A stretch of 64,000 bases of DNA from Candidatus Methanoperedenaceae archaeon (GTDB lineage Archaea; Halobacteriota; Methanosarcinia; Methanosarcinales; Methanoperedenaceae). The stretch spans positions 1-64,000 of the forward strand of contig CAVWCX010000027.1 in assembly GCA_963753595.1 (NCBI GenBank). The letters run 5' to 3'. Shown one piece after another: positions 1 to 11,129 of the stretch (position 1 is its first letter; every line of letters begins with the position of its first letter). The notes beneath the pieces are model-generated. The model did no database searches and was not told the origin of the DNA. It worked only from the letters and a program-made list of their open reading frames with translations. The translations under genes and the position numbers were made by a program.

Positions 1-257
1 CAATTTCGAAAAGTGTGTCCTTCAAGCATTTTTTACAAAACCCAACATTTCCGGGATTGTTATGCTGGCAGTCCGCACAATAGTTCTTGATGTTTGTCAT
101 AATCTTATTATATGATTCAATTTGAGGCATCAAATACATACCTGAGGAAAAAATGATAATCACCAGTGAGTTGTAACATTCTAAACCGCTTATCGGGGAC
201 ATTATGTTACAATAAATACCGGAATATTAACAATTTTGTATACTAAAATGATGAAAT

Positions 258-2145
258 TCACAACCCCAACTTCTTCCCTATCTTCTCCTTCAAAAGCCCG
301 CTGACCTCTTCCCCGCTGACCTTGCCCCTGAATTCTTTCATAACAATACCCATCAACGGCCCAACCGCATTCAAGCCCTTCGCTTTGATGAAATCCATCT
401 TTTCTTCAATGAGCTTATCAACAGCAGTCTCAAGTTCCCCTTTTTCCACGCCCCCGATACCAAGAGACAGCGCCGCATTATCAACAGTCAGTTCAGGTTT
501 TCCTGCGATTGTTTTCAGGATATTGCTTATTGCTTCGTTTGGTACCTTTCCCTCTGACTGGAGCCTGAAAAGCGACATCAGATGATCCTCTGTGATTTTA
601 TTGACATCAATGCCTTCTTTTTGAAGTTCATACAGGATGGTTTCAAGCACTCTCACTACTGAATTTGCATTCGCCTTCGGTACTTTGCTCATTATACTAT
701 CAAAAATTATAAAGTTTCCAGAACGTGCTATCTGGTTTGCGAGTTCTTCATTAAGACCGAATTGTTTTATGTACCTGTTTTTTCGCTCGCCTATCAATTC
801 AGGAAGCCTGATGTTCTGGACCCTCTCATCCGTTATCACAACCGGCGGAACATCGGTCTCTGGATACATGCGCGCCGCCCCTGGAAGCGGTCTCATATAT
901 GCCGAATTCCCATCAGGGAGAGCCCGTCTTGTTTCTTCAGGGATGAATTCCAGTGCTTCTTTTGCACGGGTTATGACGGCTTCTATCGCGCCCTGTGATT
1001 TCTCCATTGAATCAGCCACCATTACCACACAATCCTTTTCCGTTTGCACCCACGGCAAACCTCAGGGCTTCGACTTCCTCTTTAGTGATGCCGTAATTCG
1101 GTAATTCATCAGTATGGAATATGCCCCTTACACCTGATTTCTTTGCGCGGTCAGAAAACTCCGTCCCCAGGCGCCTTCCAGGCTGGATCTCTTTCCCGGC
1201 AAATCCTGCAAATCCTGGCAGGTTCACGGCATAAACCACGCCGCCTTTTAAGGCTTTTAAAATAACTTTGGAGGTAGTGTTCGCAAAAACGGATGTGACA
1301 TCAATGATCTTATCCGAAACCGAGGCTTTCCGGTCTTTAAGTTCCTTCTTTATTTCGACAAGTGTTGCCTGTCTTGTAACTTCCCTTTCCACGATGGTTT
1401 CAATGAGCGCAAGCTCCTGCACTCCTTTAATTTCAACCCTTGCGCCCTCGGCGATCGATATATTGACATCCTGCCGAATCGTGCCAAGGCCGCGCTTTAC
1501 CTTTCCTGTTGAGCGCAATATCATTCCTATCTGTTCAGCGACTTCCCTTGCATGGGCAGGAGAAACGATATCCGGCGCAGTCCCAATTTCCACAAGCGGG
1601 ATGCCCAGCCTGTCAAGAGAATAAATAACAGAATCACCCTTATCTTCCACTTTCTGCGCCGCCTCTTCTTCAAGGCAAAGCACATCAATACCCACTCGCC
1701 CTGCACTTGAATCGATGTGCCCATGAGTTGCGACAAGCCCCGTTCTCTGGAAACCCGATGTGTTTGAGCCATCGATCACTATTTTACGCATGGTATAGAG
1801 TTCATCCACGATCTTCATGTTCATCATGCGTCCGACCATCAACGCAAATTCAACAGCTTCAGGGTTCAATTCGCGCGGAGGCTCCTCATCATTCTCAACG
1901 AGGCATGTTGTGTCATATGCTTTGTAAATGAATTTTTTAATGAGTTTTACTTCTTCAAGCGCAGCTTTGTCAACGATCCCCATTTCGCTTTGTGTGGGTC
2001 GAAGGTACCTGGAAAATTCAAAATTAGATTCTTTTGTATCTCGAAGCAGGGTCGGGCAGCCGCAGAAAAGTTTTTCTTTAGTGTCAAGCTGCTGGTGTAT
2101 TTCAAGCCCGGATTTTAATCCAAGCGCCCTGTAATCGTGACTCAT
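258..2145 (-). CDS. gatE: Glutamyl-tRNA(Gln) amidotransferase subunit E, split by a 1-nt frameshift near 1043
   Basis: [24 protein letters not shown] and [13 protein letters not shown] lie in ORF 1012-2256 (likely start MSHDY at 2145). [16 protein letters not shown] and the C-terminal Yqey-like domain lie in ORF 258-1058. Removing one A from GCAAACGGAAAAG joins the two frames. Confidence 0.95.
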
Positions 2146-2234
2146 ATGGCTTCCTGATATAGTGCAATCTATAAAAAAATTGTTATCGGCCTGTCCAAAG
2201 GTTTTATAAATAATTGTAGCTACCAGAACTATAG

Positions 2235-3599
2235 ATGACACTTGAAAAAACAGCAAAAGAATGTGCCGAACACATCAAGAAACATTCTTCCGCTCTCGTT
2301 GTGTCGCATATCGATGCTGACGGCCTGACTTCTGCTGCGATCATGGGGAAAGCCCTTGAACGTGCGGGTATCGATTCTCAGATCATTTTTTTAAGACAAC
2401 TTGACCAGAAAAGCCTTTTGGAAATAGCTAACAGGAATCCCCAACTTGTGATATTTACAGATCTTGGCAGCGGAATGCTGGAGGCGATAAAATCCTTAAA
2501 ACTTAATGCAGTGATCGCTGACCATCACCAGCCCCAGGGGAAACATGAATTTCACCTGAATCCACATATTTTCGGATTAAACGGAGGTATAGAAATAAGC
2601 GGCTCAGGGATGACCTATTTTATAGCACGGGAAATGGGTGATAACGGGGATCTTGCAGCGCTTGCCATTGTCGGGGCTGTGGGAGATCTCCAGCATGCAA
2701 AGCACGGGCAGTTGATCGGTTTGAACCGGACGATACTTGAGGAAGGTGTAAAGAATAAAGTAATCAAGCATGAGAAAGACCTCATGTTATTCGGAAGGCA
2801 GACGCGTCCTGTATTTAAACTTCTCCAGTATTCAACTGATATTTATTTTCCAGGACTTACCGGAAACGAAGAAGCAAGTATAGAATTCCTTAAACGGATC
2901 GGTATAAGGCAGCAGGGTGAGAAATGGAGACGATGGATAGACCTTGACCCTTCTGAAAAGCAGAAGATCGTATCCGCTCTAATACAATTAGGACTTACAT
3001 CGGGAATGGCGGGTTTTAAGGTAGAAAGGCTTGTGGGTGAGGTATATACATTATTAGGCGAACGGGAAGGCACAGAGGTCAGGGACGCTTCGGAATTTTC
3101 AACCCTTCTTAATTCTACTGCGCGTTACGACCATGCTGACATCGGACTTTCAGTATGCATGGGTGACAGGGGAAAGAGCCTTGATGAAGCATGCGTACTT
3201 CTCAGTGAGCACAGGAAAAATCTTGTAGAGGGACTGAATTTTGTGAAGGAGAGAGGGATAACTGAAATGAAGAATCTCCAATATTTCGATTCAGGGAATT
3301 TGATCCGCGAAACCATTGTGGGAATTGTAGCAGGAATGAGCGCATCGTTTGTCAATAACAGGAATCTTCCCATTATCGCTTTTGCGGATTCTGAGGGCGG
3401 AGTTAAAGTCTCATCACGGGGAAACCAGGACCTCCTCAGGAAGGGCATGAACCTCGGGGCGGCAATAAGCGAAGCGGCAAAATCAGTTGGAGGAACCGGG
3501 GGCGGTCATGATATTGCGGCAGGAGCGTTCATTCCGAAGGAAGCAAAAAATGAATTCCTGAAAATTCTTGATATGAAAATCGGGTTACAGATAAATTAG
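2235..3599 (+). CDS. RecJ/Cdc45-like DHH family phosphoesterase (GAN-like)
   Basis: HIDADG, FTDLGSG, DHH, GAVGD motifs and C-terminal DHHA1 GGGH motif. Confidence 0.88.
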   Translation: MTLEKTAKECAEHIKKHSSALVVSHIDADGLTSAAIMGKALERAGIDSQIIFLRQLDQKSLLEIANRNPQLVIFTDLGSGMLEAIKSLKLNAVIADHHQPQGKHEFHLNPHIFGLNGGIEISGSGMTYFIAREMGDNGDLAALAIVGAVGDLQHAKHGQLIGLNRTILEEGVKNKVIKHEKDLMLFGRQTRPVFKLLQYSTDIYFPGLTGNEEASIEFLKRIGIRQQGEKWRRWIDLDPSEKQKIVSALIQLGLTSGMAGFKVERLVGEVYTLLGEREGTEVRDASEFSTLLNSTARYDHADIGLSVCMGDRGKSLDEACVLLSEHRKNLVEGLNFVKERGITEMKNLQYFDSGNLIRETIVGIVAGMSASFVNNRNLPIIAFADSEGGVKVSSRGNQDLLRKGMNLGAAISEAAKSVGGTGGGHDIAAGAFIPKEAKNEFLKILDMKIGLQIN

Positions 3600-3605
3600 G
3601 TACAT

Positions 3606-3748
3606 AAATCAGCGTTCATCGGCGTTATGCTCGCCGCGACGCATAAACACGTTACTCCACATATGGCGAAGCCATGTGCGTGGGCGACGTCAACTGGCGC
3701 AACGGTTGTCGTGGATGCGCTTGGGGCATTTACCTGCGGTTTCATTTT
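3606..3748. repeat. GC-rich structured intergenic element with 9-bp periodic flanks
   Basis: Minus strand reads AAACCGCAGGTAAATGCC-[about 100 nt]-ACGCCGATGAACGCTGAT. Internal hairpin CACATATGGCGAAGCCATGTG at 3658-3678. Confidence 0.45.
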
Positions 3749-3833
3749 AGCATATTCCATAACAACCATAACATGCAAAGTTACGGTTTAAAAAGCAATC
3801 GTTATATATTATCATGACTCTAATAATCCTGTT

Positions 3834-4691
3834 ATGAATAATAAGATACTGGCTATATTAATTATTTTTATTTTCGTAATTCTTGCAGGGTGCATCAGTT
3901 CCCAGAATTACCAGATGGGTGGGGACGATAGATCTCAATTTGTTTCAGACCTTCAATATTCAGGCCTTGGAGGCAAAGGAAGCATTTCAATAGATGCAGG
4001 TGGTAATGCAAACGGAAAAACAATACCAGAAAGAAAAGTAATTTCTACTGCGACCCTGACGATAGAAGTGAAAAGTGCCCAGGTAGCAATTAATGATATA
4101 ACCAACATAACGCTTGAAACGGGCGGATTTGTTTCAAGCTCTTCCATCAGTGATATCGGAAATAATCGCAAAAATGGTCATCTTACCGCAAGAGTGCCTC
4201 AAAAGAGTTTTTATTCAACTATCGAAAAAATAGATGCGCTTGGAACTGAAAAACAAAGGCAGGTTTCAGGGCAGGATGTCACGGAAGAGTTCATAGATCT
4301 TGGCGCCAGGCTCGAGAATCTCCAAAAACAGGAAACACGGCTCCGGGAGATCCTTAAAATGGCAACTACCGTTAAAGATATTATTGAAGTTGAGCATGAA
4401 CTTGAACGGGTGCGGGGCGAGATAGAGAGTCTGACCGGCAGGCTGAATTACCTGAACCAGAGCGTGGAGATGTCTACGATCACGGTAAATATTATGGAAC
4501 CAGCACCAATTACAGGCGATGGTTGGGGAATATCGGATGCCCTTCGGGATGCAGTGAGAGGATTTATTGAGAGTGTAAGGGGAATTATAATATTCACAGG
4601 ATTTATTATCCCGATATTGATCTATTTAGGTATTGCAGTTTTAATAGTCCTTGGAGTTAAAAATAAAATACTTCCAAAGGTTAGAAGATAA
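3834..4691 (+). CDS. DUF4349-domain lipoprotein/membrane protein
   Basis: Lipobox-like LAGC after a hydrophobic N-terminus, DVTEEFIDL..RL coiled coil, C-terminal TM helix. Confidence 0.8.
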   Translation: MNNKILAILIIFIFVILAGCISSQNYQMGGDDRSQFVSDLQYSGLGGKGSISIDAGGNANGKTIPERKVISTATLTIEVKSAQVAINDITNITLETGGFVSSSSISDIGNNRKNGHLTARVPQKSFYSTIEKIDALGTEKQRQVSGQDVTEEFIDLGARLENLQKQETRLREILKMATTVKDIIEVEHELERVRGEIESLTGRLNYLNQSVEMSTITVNIMEPAPITGDGWGISDALRDAVRGFIESVRGIIIFTGFIIPILIYLGIAVLIVLGVKNKILPKVRR

Positions 4692-4715
4692 GTCTAAAAC
4701 ATGGGATTTTCTTAC

Positions 4716-5678
4716 CTAAAGGTTAGAATCTCTCAACAATCCTGCTACAGCGTAAGCCGGAAATACCTTTGATATTTCCGGTCCATATTTTTCAGAGATC
4801 AAAATTATCTCAAATCCGGATTCAATAGCTGCTTTTTTAGCCAGGAATTCTCCAAGGCCGCAAGCTACGATCCTTCGGATATCGTGCTTTTTTGATATTT
4901 CATAAAGAGCATCCTTGATATCACTGACCTGTGCTTCCATTACCTGCCGGGCGATTGAAAAAATCTCCTCATCCGTTATTTCACTCAAATCTGCGCAAAC
5001 AACGCGTGCGATCCTCCTTTTGGCATCAAGGATCGTTTTTCCTCTGCCATCCGGTGTGTCACAGGTATAATTCTCCGGTTTTATCAAACCAAGAACAACG
5101 TATGCATCAGCCGTAATTGCAAATAATTCTGAGGAGATCCGTGACTCAATATTCCCGAATATTACGCTTTTCAAAATTGCGGCAATATTTGTCCGAAGCG
5201 CCCCTGAGTACACAAGTTCCCCTTTTTTCAAACGCTCAAAATCTGTCTTTCCTGCGAGAGGCAAACCATTCTTGATCGGAATTATATCCGTAGTCGTTGA
5301 ACCCGTATCAAGAAATATACAATCCCCGAACTTCGTCCATGTAAGGAGGGAAGATGCCATCCAGTTGGCAGCAGCGATGCTTCGTATTTTCTCTTGTGTC
5401 AGAATACCGTTATTATCAAGGAAAAAAGCATTTGCAAATGCATTATTTACTGCATCTATAATGTATGAAAGGCCTGCTTCCTTATCAGGAAAACAATCAG
5501 CAAGCTCTCCTGTTATCACTACACCGACTTTTTGCGGTTTTAAGCGCCCTGCGATCTCAATGAGCGCCTCAGGCAGCCTCGTGTTCTTCCATAGGGGGAT
5601 ATAATGTAGTTCCACTATCCTGCCATCATCAGATGCTATTTTGGTGTTCGCTCCGCCAATATCGATGCCAAGTATCAT
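4716..5678 (-). CDS. mfnF: Methanofuran biosynthesis protein MfnF (hydantoinase/ASKHA fold)
   Basis: ILGIDIGGANTK, TGELADCF, AANW, DTGSTTTDIIPI, GELVYSGALRT, TPDGRGK; start moved to the ATG at 5678. Confidence 0.85.
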   Translation of the reverse strand: MILGIDIGGANTKIASDDGRIVELHYIPLWKNTRLPEALIEIAGRLKPQKVGVVITGELADCFPDKEAGLSYIIDAVNNAFANAFFLDNNGILTQEKIRSIAAANWMASSLLTWTKFGDCIFLDTGSTTTDIIPIKNGLPLAGKTDFERLKKGELVYSGALRTNIAAILKSVIFGNIESRISSELFAITADAYVVLGLIKPENYTCDTPDGRGKTILDAKRRIARVVCADLSEITDEEIFSIARQVMEAQVSDIKDALYEISKKHDIRRIVACGLGEFLAKKAAIESGFEIILISEKYGPEISKVFPAYAVAGLLRDSNL

Positions 5679-5889
5679 GCAGGTATTGAGTAAACGTGAT
5701 AGGTAAAAAGGTTTTTGGAAAAGAGTGGGTATAAAATCTGTTGGTGTTTGTTGGAACCCCAACACCAAACTTTTTTACAACCTCGGAAAAAGAGGATAAT
5801 GAGATCATTATGTGGAATCCAGGCTGACTGAATTGTCAGTAATGAAAGCATGATAGTCCTCCATGCTTATGATTCATATCTTCCAGGAC

Positions 5890-7497
5890 TTAAATACTGA
5901 TACTGAAGTTGCTATTGCTCATATCCGTAATTGAAAGATTACTCGTGCTTGTGATCTTCACTTTATAGTCAGTGCCCGTTTGTAATGACGGGATCAGCCA
6001 TGGATGCGAACCGTCATTAAGAGTGCTATATACGATCACCCTGTTTAGCTTTCCAGATTTCAGGAGTTCTATCTTTACGTAACCTTTTGGATTTTCGGTA
6101 GATGTCCAGTTTATTATATTGGTCGTTCCAATTTTCCAGCTATCTCCTCCATTTGGAGTAATCACTGTGAATGATGGGAATGGAATCGTGAAGTTCTTGT
6201 CGCTGGTATCATTAATTGAAGCATTAATGGTACTTGTGATCTTCACTTTGTAATCAGTTCCCTGGATTTGTGCAGCCGGAATCAGCCAGGGATGTGAACC
6301 ATCATTCAGGGTGCTTGACACGATCAATTGGTTCGTCCTGCCTGGTTTCAGTAGTTCTATCTTTACATATCCTTTTGGATTCTCGGTAGAATTCCACTTT
6401 ATTGTTTGAGTCGATCCTCTTATCCAGAATTCTGAACCATTGGGAGAAATGAATTTGAAAGAAGGAGCCGGGATAGTGAATTTGTTGTCGCTGGTATCAT
6501 TAATAGAAGCATTAATAGTGCTTGTGATCTTGACTTTGTAATCACTTCCCTGCAGTTGTGCAGCCGGAATCAGCCAGGGATGTGAACCATCATTCAGGGT
6601 TGCTGATACGATCAATTGGTTTGTCTTACCTGGTTTCAGTAGTTCTATCTTTACATATCCTTTTGGATTCTCGGTAGAATTCCACTTTATTGTTTGAGTC
6701 GATCCTCTTATCCAGAATTCTGAACCATTGGGAGAAATGACTTTGAAAGAAGGAGCCGGGATAGTGAAGCTGTTATCGCTTGTGTCGTTGTAAGCAGCGT
6801 TTGTAGTGCTTGTGATCTTGACTTTATAATCTGTACCCGGTGCCTGTCCAGCCGGAATAAGCCATGGATGCAAACCGTCATTTATGGTTGCTGAAACGAT
6901 CAATTGGTTCGGCTTATTCGGTTTCAGTAGTTCTATTTTCACATACGCCCCTGGACTGCCAGTTGAATTCCATTTAATAGTTTGAGTTGTTCCTCTTATC
7001 CAGTTCTGTCCGCCATTGGGAGAAGTGACTTTAATACTTGGCACAATAGCATTAACGATCAAGCCAATGCTGTTGCTTACAATACTGGCATTCGCGGCTT
7101 TCACTATCGCAATACCCTTCGTAAGCGCAGTAAATGTAGAAGTTACGCCTCCAGTCACATCTGTTGTTGCTTTCACAGGAATAACATTTCCAACGCCAAT
7201 ATTGCTGACTGTCCAGGATATATCAACGCCTGCCATTGGATTATTATATTGATCATAAGCTCTTGAAGTTATATTCTGTTTTTGTCCAACTGTCAGTGTA
7301 GTTGATGGTGATGGGGAAACCACGATATAATTCAGGACTTGACCAATTTGAGGTGTTGATCCATAAGAAATATAATCTGAACCTGTTGGCGCGTCAGGGA
7401 TCGATCCTGCAAAAGCCCCGCCTGCCAGCAAAAAAACAATCACGATTATTCCAACCGCTATACTGAAGTCACGCCCATTATCTGGATTTTTCATCAT
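5890..7497 (-). CDS. Secreted/surface protein with an Ig-like domain and four ~97-aa repeats
   Basis: Signal-like hydrophobic N-terminus; four repeats of SPNG..W..G.T..I.W...YVKIELLK...NDG.HPWLIP...DYKVKITST...D.SD..F.I. Confidence 0.8.
   Translation of the reverse strand: MMKNPDNGRDFSIAVGIIVIVFLLAGGAFAGSIPDAPTGSDYISYGSTPQIGQVLNYIVVSPSPSTTLTVGQKQNITSRAYDQYNNPMAGVDISWTVSNIGVGNVIPVKATTDVTGGVTSTFTALTKGIAIVKAANASIVSNSIGLIVNAIVPSIKVTSPNGGQNWIRGTTQTIKWNSTGSPGAYVKIELLKPNKPNQLIVSATINDGLHPWLIPAGQAPGTDYKVKITSTTNAAYNDTSDNSFTIPAPSFKVISPNGSEFWIRGSTQTIKWNSTENPKGYVKIELLKPGKTNQLIVSATLNDGSHPWLIPAAQLQGSDYKVKITSTINASINDTSDNKFTIPAPSFKFISPNGSEFWIRGSTQTIKWNSTENPKGYVKIELLKPGRTNQLIVSSTLNDGSHPWLIPAAQIQGTDYKVKITSTINASINDTSDKNFTIPFPSFTVITPNGGDSWKIGTTNIINWTSTENPKGYVKIELLKSGKLNRVIVYSTLNDGSHPWLIPSLQTGTDYKVKITSTSNLSITDMSNSNFSISI
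5893..7040 (-). repeat. Intragenic tandem repeat, about 291-bp unit, four copies
   Basis: Near-identical stretch gttctatctttacatatccttttggattctcggtagaattccactttattgtttgagtcgatcctc recurs at about 6354 and 6642. Confidence 0.9.
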
Positions 7498-7707
7498 TTT
7501 TATTACACCTGCCCATTATATTGAAGTTTCACTCTATCCGCAATGCAATTAACCTTAATCAATAATTGAAAGCCTATATATGATTTGTGTATCAATTTTT
7601 TAATGATTAATCAAACTCAGCGTCAATGTAAAGTTTAATTGCTAAATCAAACATTTGTAAAAAAATATCTTACGCAACAATGAGAATACAGGCATCACCT
7701 GCTGTTT

Positions 7708-8529
7708 TCACGCAAGCTTACTCCTGACCTTCTCATAGAACCCATCCTCTCTTGTTCTCACGAACCTTGCGGGTATATCAGCCTTTGTAATAATGATCGT
7801 GTCATCCTCTTTTATCGTCCTTGAATACTGCCCATCTATCACAAGCACTGCTTCCTTTTTGGGAACAGTCAGCTCCACTTTTATTTCACTCCGGGCCGGG
7901 ACCACCCAGGGACGGGATGATAATTTAAAAGGAGCAAGCGGCACTATAACCGTGCCATCCACCCGCGGATCAACAATTGGACCGCCTGCGCTCATCGCAT
8001 ACGCCGTCGAGCCTGTTGGTGTTGCAAACACCGCGCCATCTGCCCTCAGTTCTTCAAGAGGGATCTTATCCACGAAAATCCGATATGAGAGCATCTTGGC
8101 GGGATTGGCGGTAAGGATGACAACTTCATTCGTTGCGCATGGAAGTACTTCGTCATTTACCACTATCGAGAGGCGAGAGCGTTCTTCAACCTCAAAACCT
8201 GACAACACTTTGTCAATGACATAAAGAGAATCTTCAGGAGCCACATCCACAAGAAAACCAATAGTACCCATATTAATACCCAGGAATGGAAGCGGGTCAT
8301 CCATTTTCTGTATCCCGCGCAAAACCGTGCCATCGCCGCCTACGGATATGATAAATTCAGCGCCATTTCTTCTCATGTCAGCCATTTGAGTGCCTTCCAG
8401 ATTGAGCTTTTGCGCGGTTCTGGGTTCGACCAATACATCGACCCGGGATTTCAAGTGATTTATTATCTTTTCAACATGAGATAGTATTTCATCCCTGTCA
8501 CATCTTGAAATTATACCGATCTTTCTCAT
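7708..8529 (-). CDS. nadK: NAD+ kinase
   Basis: GGDGT, GINMGTIGFL, NE, ATPTGSTAYAMSAGGP motifs. Confidence 0.95.
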   Translation of the reverse strand: MRKIGIISRCDRDEILSHVEKIINHLKSRVDVLVEPRTAQKLNLEGTQMADMRRNGAEFIISVGGDGTVLRGIQKMDDPLPFLGINMGTIGFLVDVAPEDSLYVIDKVLSGFEVEERSRLSIVVNDEVLPCATNEVVILTANPAKMLSYRIFVDKIPLEELRADGAVFATPTGSTAYAMSAGGPIVDPRVDGTVIVPLAPFKLSSRPWVVPARSEIKVELTVPKKEAVLVIDGQYSRTIKEDDTIIITKADIPARFVRTREDGFYEKVRSKLA

Positions 8530-8544
8530 CTTTTTTTACCTCAG

Positions 8545-9330
8545 CTACACAAGTTCAAGCAATTTATCATGTGATATACTGTTACTTGCAATAAGATTTA
8601 CCCGTTTCCTGACATCAAGCGGAGTTTTTAGCGGATTTCCTTTTTCGTCAGTAATTTTCCCACCGGCTTCTTCCACAATGAGCTTTGAAGCAGCTATATC
8701 TGTTACACGAAGCATCCCACGCATATCGAAAAAAGCATCAAATATCCCTGAAGCGATATAACAAAGCTCAAGCCCGGCGCACCCGAATACCCTTACCCTC
8801 CTTACCTGGTGGTTATTTATCAAAACCGCATGAGGGCGGTGGCTGTATGATAATACGCTTAGTTTAGATAGTTCCGATATCCCGGATACATGAATTTTTT
8901 TATCGTTTAAAAAAGCACCTTTCCCCTTCTGGGCCGAATAAATGTCCCCGTTAACAAGATTCTTGACAAAACCATATCTTATATCAGACAAATCTGATTT
9001 TCCAATAGCGATCGGCACACAGTAAAAAGGGATATTGTTCACCGCATTGAATGTACCATCTACCGGGTCAAGTACGAACGTAAACTCGGGTTTTCCCCCG
9101 ATATTTTTCTCACCCAGTTCCTCACTCACGAATAACATCGATCTGCCATCGGCTTCAAGAACACTAAGGGCCGCGTTTTCTGCTACTTCATCGATCTTCT
9201 CAGTAGGCGTCCCATCAGCCCCAATTCTTAATGTCTCGCCGGCTTCAGGTTTTCCTATCAGTCCCGAAACCGCTTTTTTTATTTCGGATGCGACATCATT
9301 ACAGAGATTGAAATACCCGGATTCTGTCAT
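8545..9330 (-). CDS. Inositol monophosphatase/FBPase family (possibly NADP phosphatase)
   Basis: GADGTPT, SEE, LDPVDGTFN, RVTDIAA motifs; directly upstream of NAD kinase. Confidence 0.9.
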   Translation of the reverse strand: MTESGYFNLCNDVASEIKKAVSGLIGKPEAGETLRIGADGTPTEKIDEVAENAALSVLEADGRSMLFVSEELGEKNIGGKPEFTFVLDPVDGTFNAVNNIPFYCVPIAIGKSDLSDIRYGFVKNLVNGDIYSAQKGKGAFLNDKKIHVSGISELSKLSVLSYSHRPHAVLINNHQVRRVRVFGCAGLELCYIASGIFDAFFDMRGMLRVTDIAASKLIVEEAGGKITDEKGNPLKTPLDVRKRVNLIASNSISHDKLLELV

Positions 9331-9397
9331 TTATGTACTTTTTCCTCTTATTGTTAAGCGTTACAAACCTTTAAAAAGCTTTATATAATTTTTCTCA

Positions 9398-10438
9398 TTA
9401 CACGACATCGCAGCCCGCTACAAGCCTCTGTTTGGGATTATTGAGCTGGACAATAAGAAGACGGTCATTTTTGCTGTATGCAATGTTCTTCTGGGTCGTT
9501 AAAATAACATTGCAATCAGAACCCGCAGGCGCCTGCGTTGCATCTTTCCCGCTGATCGTCATGCCTGTGACCGTTGCAGGAATATCCTGGATTCCGGCAA
9601 AAAGGTGAACCGCATCCCCCACACCCAGTCCGGGTGTGAATTTTGTAAGGTGGCATTTCAAATTGAATTTGGAAGCGATCTCTTCTTTCTGGGAGATCAT
9701 ATACCCGCGGTCAAATTCCTTAGACTGCACTCCTTTTAACGCAAGTCCCACCCTTGTTCCGGGAGGAGCTGATTTCATATCAACATCGTTGCTCTGGATA
9801 GAGCGTATTTCGGTTTGTCTCTCAGTCGGATAGAGGGTCAGCTTGTCATGTTCCTTGATAGTTCCCTGCGTCACGATCCCCAGAACAACGCACCCCATAC
9901 CTGTAACATTGAAGAAATGGTCAACTATTATCCTTGGAGGCGCATCTTTCTTCGCAGCATTTGCATTTCGTACCTCCTCGCCAAGTGTGAATATTTTCTC
10001 CTTGAGGCTCTCAAGACCTTCGAATGTAGTGTTCGAAATTGCAATAGTCTCCCATTTTTCAAGGTTTGTACCTTTTGCGATCGCATTGATCTTTCCAATT
10101 AATTCGGAAATAGCGGCCGGATTGGATTTATCTGACATTGTGATCACGAATAATCCGCGTTTATTGCCAAGAAGGTCAAGGGCAATAATGCACTCTCCCA
10201 CCTGCGCATTGAGACCGCTTGAAGGAACACATACAAGTGCGATATCCGAGAGATTGATCGCCTGAATAAGTGTTTTAAATGAAGAAGGATAACCGATTGC
10301 ATCCACGAACGAATATATCCTGTCCCCTTTCACAAAATTGTAGAGTGTTATATCGGACTCAGTGCCTTTTTTCCCTAGCTTTCCTGCAAGGCTTGTCCTG
10401 CCTGATTTTTCGCTTCCTATGATTGCAACGTTGGCCAT
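9398..10438 (-). CDS. Archaeal SelB-like/EF-Tu-like translational GTPase homologue
   Basis: Degenerate P-loop GSEKSGRTS, GKKGTESDITLYN, domain II DHFFNVTGMGCVVLG...IRSIQ...GTRVGLALKG. Confidence 0.85.
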   Translation of the reverse strand: MANVAIIGSEKSGRTSLAGKLGKKGTESDITLYNFVKGDRIYSFVDAIGYPSSFKTLIQAINLSDIALVCVPSSGLNAQVGECIIALDLLGNKRGLFVITMSDKSNPAAISELIGKINAIAKGTNLEKWETIAISNTTFEGLESLKEKIFTLGEEVRNANAAKKDAPPRIIVDHFFNVTGMGCVVLGIVTQGTIKEHDKLTLYPTERQTEIRSIQSNDVDMKSAPPGTRVGLALKGVQSKEFDRGYMISQKEEIASKFNLKCHLTKFTPGLGVGDAVHLFAGIQDIPATVTGMTISGKDATQAPAGSDCNVILTTQKNIAYSKNDRLLIVQLNNPKQRLVAGCDVV

Positions 10439-10578
10439 AATATCTATGCTGTAATAGGCAGGAAGCTATATGAAATTGGCGTTAGCTCATATTTCGCACT
10501 TGATAAGATAAATTTATGATTTATCTATGAAATATCTATGAATGGCCTGACAAAATGTAAGAAAATTGCATTTATTCA

Positions 10579-10911
10579 GACAGGATTAAACAGGATTTAA
10601 TCATCCTATTTTTCCAATCTAATTCAGAGACTTTCTATTTTTTTCAGGTTTGAAAACCACAGAGAACTCAGAGTACACAGAGAAAAATGGCAACACTCTG
10701 CGTTCTCTGTGTACTCTGTGGTTGATTACCTGTGCAAATATTCCTTTTTCCAGAAGAAATTAAGAAGTCTCTTAATTCATCGGGAGAAAAAATAAAGGAA
10801 TTTAAGGACATCTTAAGGGAGGGTGTTATAATATAAATATTACGTTTAATTAGAACGGATTATCAGGATAAGTCGCTAAAATCGTATCCTGTATATCCTG
10901 TTAATCCTGTC
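10579..10911. repeat. Nested inverted repeats built from 9-10 bp units (REP/MITE-like)
   Basis: Outer arms gacaggattaaacaggat (10579) / atcctgtatatcctgttaatcctgtc (10886-10911). Middle arms aattcagagactt (10621) / aagtctcttaatt (to 10776). Inner arms 10655-10682 / 10696-10723. Confidence 0.8.
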
Positions 10912-11129
10912 AAATACGTGGTCTTGACCATTTTGGATTGGGGCGGGCATGTCTCAAATGCGGATAAGCGGGAATGGGAGTAGATTGTCATGGACTATGG
11001 ATTGGATTTTCCGCTTATAAGGTTTATGTGAATGAACGCATCCTTGAAGTTGACTATAAAGGATATAGAGAGACATTTAATTTATATAGTATGTAGGCTG
11101 AGGATTAGGATAAAACATATAGGGGAATT

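Noticed and set aside
1030-1060. Programmed ribosomal frameshift in gatE
   Set aside because: No convincing slippery heptamer, and similar indels in four unrelated genes point to sequencing error
3596-3778. 60-aa ORF as a real protein
   Set aside because: Coincides with a structured repeat element, has a weak start and no recognisable motif
7708-9330. Frameshift-split NADP phosphatase/NAD kinase fusion
   Set aside because: Both genes have their own start and stop, with an SD-like GAGGT before the kinase; adjacent separate genes are ordinary
9398-10438. Selenocysteine machinery (true SelB)
   Set aside because: Short protein without the C-terminal domain and with a degenerate P-loop; no tRNA-Sec or in-frame TGA genes were seen
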